From Octopus sinensis (taxonomy: Eukaryota), in contig NC_043000.1 in assembly GCF_006345805.1 (NCBI RefSeq), positions 152,272,001 to 152,336,000 on the forward strand: a stretch of 64,000 nucleotides of DNA. The letters are read 5' to 3'. The notes under the pieces were generated by a model. That model was given only the letters and a program-made list of their open reading frames with translations. It did no database searches and was not told where the DNA came from. Below are positions 59,210 through 64,000 of the stretch, one piece after another (the first letter of the stretch is position 1; every line of letters starts with the position of its first letter). The position numbers and the translations under genes are program-made.

Positions 59210-59520
59210 TCATCATCGTTTAACGTCCGTTTTCCATGCTAGCACGGGTTGGACGGTTCGACCAGGGTCTGGGAAGCCAGGGCTGCACCAGGCTCCAGTC
59301 TGATCTGGCAGTGTTTCTACAGCTGGATGCCCTTCCTAACGCCAACCACTCCGCGAGTGTAGTGGGTGCTTTTTACGTGCCACCGGTACAGGTGCCAGGG
59401 GAGTCTGGCATCGGCCACGATCGGTTGGTGCTTTTAACGTGCCACCGGCACGGAAGCCAGCCAAGGTGGCGCTGGCATCAGCCACGTTCGGATGGTGCTT
59501 TTTATGTGTCACCGGCACAA
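59210..59520 (-). mobile_element. RTE 3'-UTR-type repeat
   Basis: Family match, nearly identical to 32120-32430. Confidence 0.86.
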
Positions 59521-59748
59521 ATAATATCAAGTCCATTATGGCATTCAGAGAAACAAAGGGACAAGTTGTAACAGTCAAATCATTTGATAAACTTGATAAT
59601 CTAGAAGCTCTATTTGGTTGTCAATTTGTGTTTTTAAAATATTAAATACGTTTATTTTACTCTTTCTCCAGCATTGTGGTGGCTTTCATCACATTTCCTT
59701 GCTTATAAAAGCATGTTTTAATTGAATGTTTATTATTTTTTAAAATAG

Positions 59749-59940
59749 TATGTGGTGGTTTGCTGACAAGTGATTCTGGCTCAGTCATTTCTCCAGAATC
59801 TGATGGATCTAATAATGCACAAGTAGTTGTCTGCACATGGTTACTGCAACCTACTCCAAGAGATAATATGACAATCGTGATTAACATTGAAATGAGAAAT
59901 AATCAACGTTGCAATGAAAATTATTTTAATGTTATAGAAG
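59749..59940 (+). CDS. CUBN: Cubilin-like exon N (CUB repeat 8, N-half)
   Basis: aaatag acceptor, aag|gtaaga donor; CGGLLTSDSGSVISPESDG...VCTWLLQP...RCNENYFNVIE; phase 1 to 1. Confidence 0.9.
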
Positions 59941-60111
59941 GTAAGACAAAAATTATACCCAAAATTACTTCTTGCTAGCTTGTGTGAAACTTTTAGTTTC
60001 ACTCTTTTGCGTTGCATTTTTCCAAAAGCTTTATGTAATCTTTTACTTGTTTCAGTCATTTGACCGTGGCCATACTGGAGCCCTGCCTTTAGTCGAGCAA
60101 ATCGACCCCAG

Positions 60112-61660
60112 GACTTGCATTCCCCCTAGCCATTCTCTGGAGGAAATTGCTAGATGCTGGCTATATTCCTGATAGTTTCCTTTCTTAATAGATCATTCCA
60201 GTCTTCAAAAAGGGCAGCAAGTCCCAGGCAGTGAATTACCAACTTATCTCCCTTACTTCTCATCTCATCAAATTATTTGAGAGAGTAGTGCAAAACCAAC
60301 AACCTGCTGGTTCCCAGCCAGCATGGTTTCTGCAATAGCAGGAACTGTCTTACACAGCTCCTACATCATTTTGATGATATCCTAAAGGCCTTGGGTGAGG
60401 GATCCAATGCAGATGTCATATATCTTGACTCCAGCAAGGCTTTTGACAAGGTTGACCACAACATCTTGTTAAAAAACTCTCCAACATTGGAGTGCAAGGG
60501 AAGATTCTAAAGTAGTTTAAATCCTTTCTCTTGAAGAATGCAGCATATGGTGTTCAATGGTGTTCGATCAAGCACAACAAAAGTCATCAGTGGTGTTCCA
60601 CAAGGCACTGTGTTAGGCCCACTTCTGTTCCTTATCTACATAAATGACATCATCAGGGTCATTAAATACAGTAATATAAAAATTTTTGCAGATGACTCTA
60701 AGCTTTTGAAGGTTGTCGACAGAATGGGAGACCGGACAGATCTTCAATCGGACTTAGTTGCTGTTATCCAATGGGTGCAGAAACATAACACGCAACTGAA
60801 TGAGAACAAGTTTGAGTTAATCCACTTTGGTAAAGAGGCTGCACTTAAACAACCATATATTCTTCCTTCAGGCGAACACCTCATGGCATCAGATACCACT
60901 GGGGACCTCGGTGTGACTGTCGATGATAACTTAAGTTGGAGTGTCCACATAAACAAGAAAGTTGACATGGCCTGCAGGGTGTGCCCTTGGATCCTCAGGA
61001 CTTCAGTCTAGAGATGCTCCAACCATTATCCTTCTTTTTTCTACCTTTGCCTGCCCTCACCTTGAATACTGTTGTCCACTATGGTCTCCCTACATGAGGC
61101 AGAATATTAAAAAGCTTGAAGCACCCCAGAGATCAATTACAAAAAAAAATTGATGACATGTCTGGTCTTAATTACTGGGATCGACTCATGAATCTCAAAA
61201 TGTATTCTCTCCAGCACCACTGAGAGCATTATATTATTTGTATGATGTGGAAATTGTTCCGGCAGTATTGACCAAATGATATCAGTTTTAGTTTTAAAAT
61301 CTACTCAACGCTTGGTCCCCATGCCATGCGCTCTCTACAGAAATAGTGCTCTCAGCACATCACAACACTAAGACAGAACTACTTCTCCTCAACTGGACCT
61401 ACTCTTTTTAACATCATTCCAAAACATATAAAGGAGGAAAAAGATTTCATAACTTTCAAAAAGTTGCTGGATGAATATCTCCAACAAATTCCAGATAAAC
61501 CACCTATACCTGGATATACTGCTGTAAACGACTCTTTAATTGAATGGGCAATGGTGCCTAGAAATAACTATACAAAAATACATTACTAAATGTCATTTCC
61601 AGGTGGTGCTATTAAGTTAGCTATGGCCTGGGCCAATGTGGCTGAAACCTATCTAAATAT
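60112..61660 (+). mobile_element. CR1-group LINE, 5'-truncated and degenerate
   Basis: IIPVFKKG, YLDSSKAFDKVDH, SGVPQGTVLGPLLFLIYIND, IFADDSK, PHLEYCCPLWSP; several frameshifts; fused to a SINE fragment at its 5' end. Confidence 0.9.
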
Positions 61661-62500
61661 AAGTATTAGATCACTAGTAATGTTACTTGTATCCTATCCA
61701 GGAGGAAATTTATCTCTCAACCCTTGAAGCCATAAATCTAGAGCTAAACATCAGCTCTGTGAGTCCTTCAGGCTTGGAGATACTTAACCATATAGTATCA
61801 TCTTGTGTCTAAAGTTAAGGTTAAATGCTATTTATTTAAATTAATTCTTTCTAGTAAAATGTGCTGGGCAAGCTCTCTTCTTTACTGTCATTAATATGGA
61901 TACTCTATCTTGCTATTTATTTGCTTGTCTGCTTCATTTTTATTATAGCAGTTTGATTTTTAACAATTTCTTTCATAGCATGTTCGACATCCCTCATTAT
62001 TCTGTTTCTGGCACTTATTAGCCATGCTGCTTGATTGTTTGTGGTGCATCTTCTCATCCCACCCCACCACCTATACTAGAATTTTTTCTCTTGGTACCTT
62101 TCTTATACTGGAAACTTGTATGGAATACTCTCTTCCATTCCTTCCCCCTTTAACATCAGCCACTAGCAATGATGGTACCAGAGTATAAATAAAGTGTAGC
62201 TAGCTTGCTCACAGCTGAAGTATGGTAAGTGTATTTGCCAGTTATTTATCAGCACTATTTTATCTTTTTATATACAGCGGTTTATACCACACTCTCTTCC
62301 CATGGTAGACACAGCAAGAGTGAAGCAAATAAGTGACAGTAAATTAAATGCAAGTTGAAATTCATATGAAACTTAAGTGAACTATGGAAGCTAATAGGTC
62401 TTCTATTATTTAACAAGTTGTATCACAAACAAATTGTTAAATAACCCATGTGAGCTTCGAAACCCTTGTCACCAGACATTGTAATGTAGTTTGCTACATA

Positions 62501-62905
62501 GACGCAGGAGTGGCTGTGTGGTAAGTAGCATGCTAACCAACCACATGGTTCTGGGTTCAGTCCCACTGCGTGGCACCTTGGGCAAGTGTCTTCTACTATA
62601 GCCTCGGGTCGACCAAAGCCTTGTGAGTGGATTTGGTAGACGGAAACTGAAAGAAGCCTGTCGTATATATGTATATGTATATATGTGCGCGTGTGTTTGT
62701 GTGTCTGTGTTTGTCCCCCTAGCATTGCTTGACAACCGATGCTGGTGTGTTTACGTCCCCGTCACTTAGCGGTTCGGCAAAAGAGACCGATAAAATAAGT
62801 ACTGGGCTTACAAGGAATAAGTCCTGGGGTCGAGTTGCTCGATTAGAGGGGGTGCTCCAGCATGGCTGCAGTCAAATGACTGAAACAAGTAAAAGAGTAA
62901 AAGAG
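62501..62905 (+). mobile_element. SINE family A
   Basis: Full-length match. Confidence 0.88.
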
Positions 62906-62907
62906 TA

Positions 62908-62949
<42 letters not shown>

Positions 62950-63165
62950 TGTGTGAAATTTGATTTAGTATTTCTAAATTGAATTTTTTTTCCCTGTAAG
63001 TTTGGATTTATATTCCCTCAAATAATTATCATATTTATATATATATTACTTTTATGCACAGCCACACATTAAAATATATAGACATGCTTATCTATGCTAA
63101 ACAGTATAAATTAACTCATTTAAAGACAACATCTACTAAAAAAACATCTATATTTATAATTTCAG

Positions 63166-63315
63166 GAAATGATGCAACAGGTGATCTTTTAGGAAAATTT
63201 TGTTTAAATAACACAAGTGAAGTGATTGTATCTTCAAGTCATTCCTTATTTCTACAATATGTCACTCAGAATTTGAACTCCCATGACAGACTATCTTTCA
63301 ACTATACAATAAAAG
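63166..63315 (+). CDS. CUBN: Cubilin-like exon O (CUB repeat 8, C-half)
   Basis: atttcag acceptor, aag|gtattt donor; NDATGDLLGKFCLNNTSEVIVSSSHSLFLQY...LSFNYTIK; phase 1 to 1; the gene presumably continues beyond the window. Confidence 0.88.
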
Positions 63316-63821
63316 GTATTTTTTTTTATTGATTACAAAGATTTTCTGTATTAACACTTCTTTGCATTTTCAGTTTTAATTTTTTTTCTAATCACAAAAT
63401 TGGCAAATACTCACCTATCAACTGGTTCCACTTTTTGCCTATCCTGTTTTATCACTACAATGGCCTCTATTTTTCTTAGTAGCTAACGAGATACCAACAT
63501 TCATCTCCTCTCACCACGCACCTCTGATCATGCACTAACCATTAAAATGAATCTGTCTTCTTATGCCATCAGCCCTCTCGTAATACAATCATGTCTTTCC
63601 TGCAAATGCCATTGTAAATGTTCACAATCGACTTTAGCCATGTCAGTCATATTAGCCTTAGAGAGCCTCAGGATTCAAAACAAAGTCGGACAATAATAAA
63701 AACACTCTAAGATACTTTAGTGATTTGCTGTTTCAGCCATCTCACTTTTTATCAATCACAGAGTGTCATAGCACAATTGATTCTTGGCATGATAGATCTA
63801 GATGTGATATAGTTTCATTAA

Positions 63822-64000
63822 GGAGGCGCAATGGCCCAGTGGTTAGGGCAGCGGACTCACGGTCATAGGATCGTGGTTTCGATTCCCAGACCAGGCGTTG
63901 TGAGTGTTTATTGAGCGAAAACACATAAAGCTCCACGAGGCTCCGGCAGGGGATGGTGGTGATCCCTGCTGTACTCTTTCACCACAACTTTCTCTCACTC
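63822..64000 (+). mobile_element. SINE family B, cut by the window end
   Basis: Head and shared body present. Confidence 0.85.

Overview
AT-rich, intron-dense eukaryotic genomic DNA. The repeat families look like those of an octopod cephalopod (Octopus); this is inference from memory, not a database result. One gene crosses the window on the + strand: 15 GT-AG exons (3497-63315, 2754 nt, phases consistent throughout) encode 8 consecutive CUB domains. The sequence closely resembles the CUB12-CUB19 region of vertebrate cubilin as I recall it, and the gene starts and ends outside the window. The introns are packed with mobile DNA: four tRNA-derived SINE families, a near-intact RTE-type LINE, RTE and CR1 fragments, non-autonomous Helitrons, piggyBac/hAT/pogo-type MITEs, mariner and DD37D-type transposase relics, and microsatellites. 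Most notable: (1) three antisense type I hammerhead ribozyme motifs, plus one mutated sense motif, in partial tandem units resembling Penelope pLTRs or non-LTR retrozymes; (2) evidence that the very abundant (CAT)n-tailed repeat is the VNTR-bearing 3' UTR of the RTE LINE; (3) a PHD-like finger inside the LINE RT region that is missing in frame in a second copy; (4) a 110-bp direct repeat flanking a SINE; (5) two long near-perfect hairpins.
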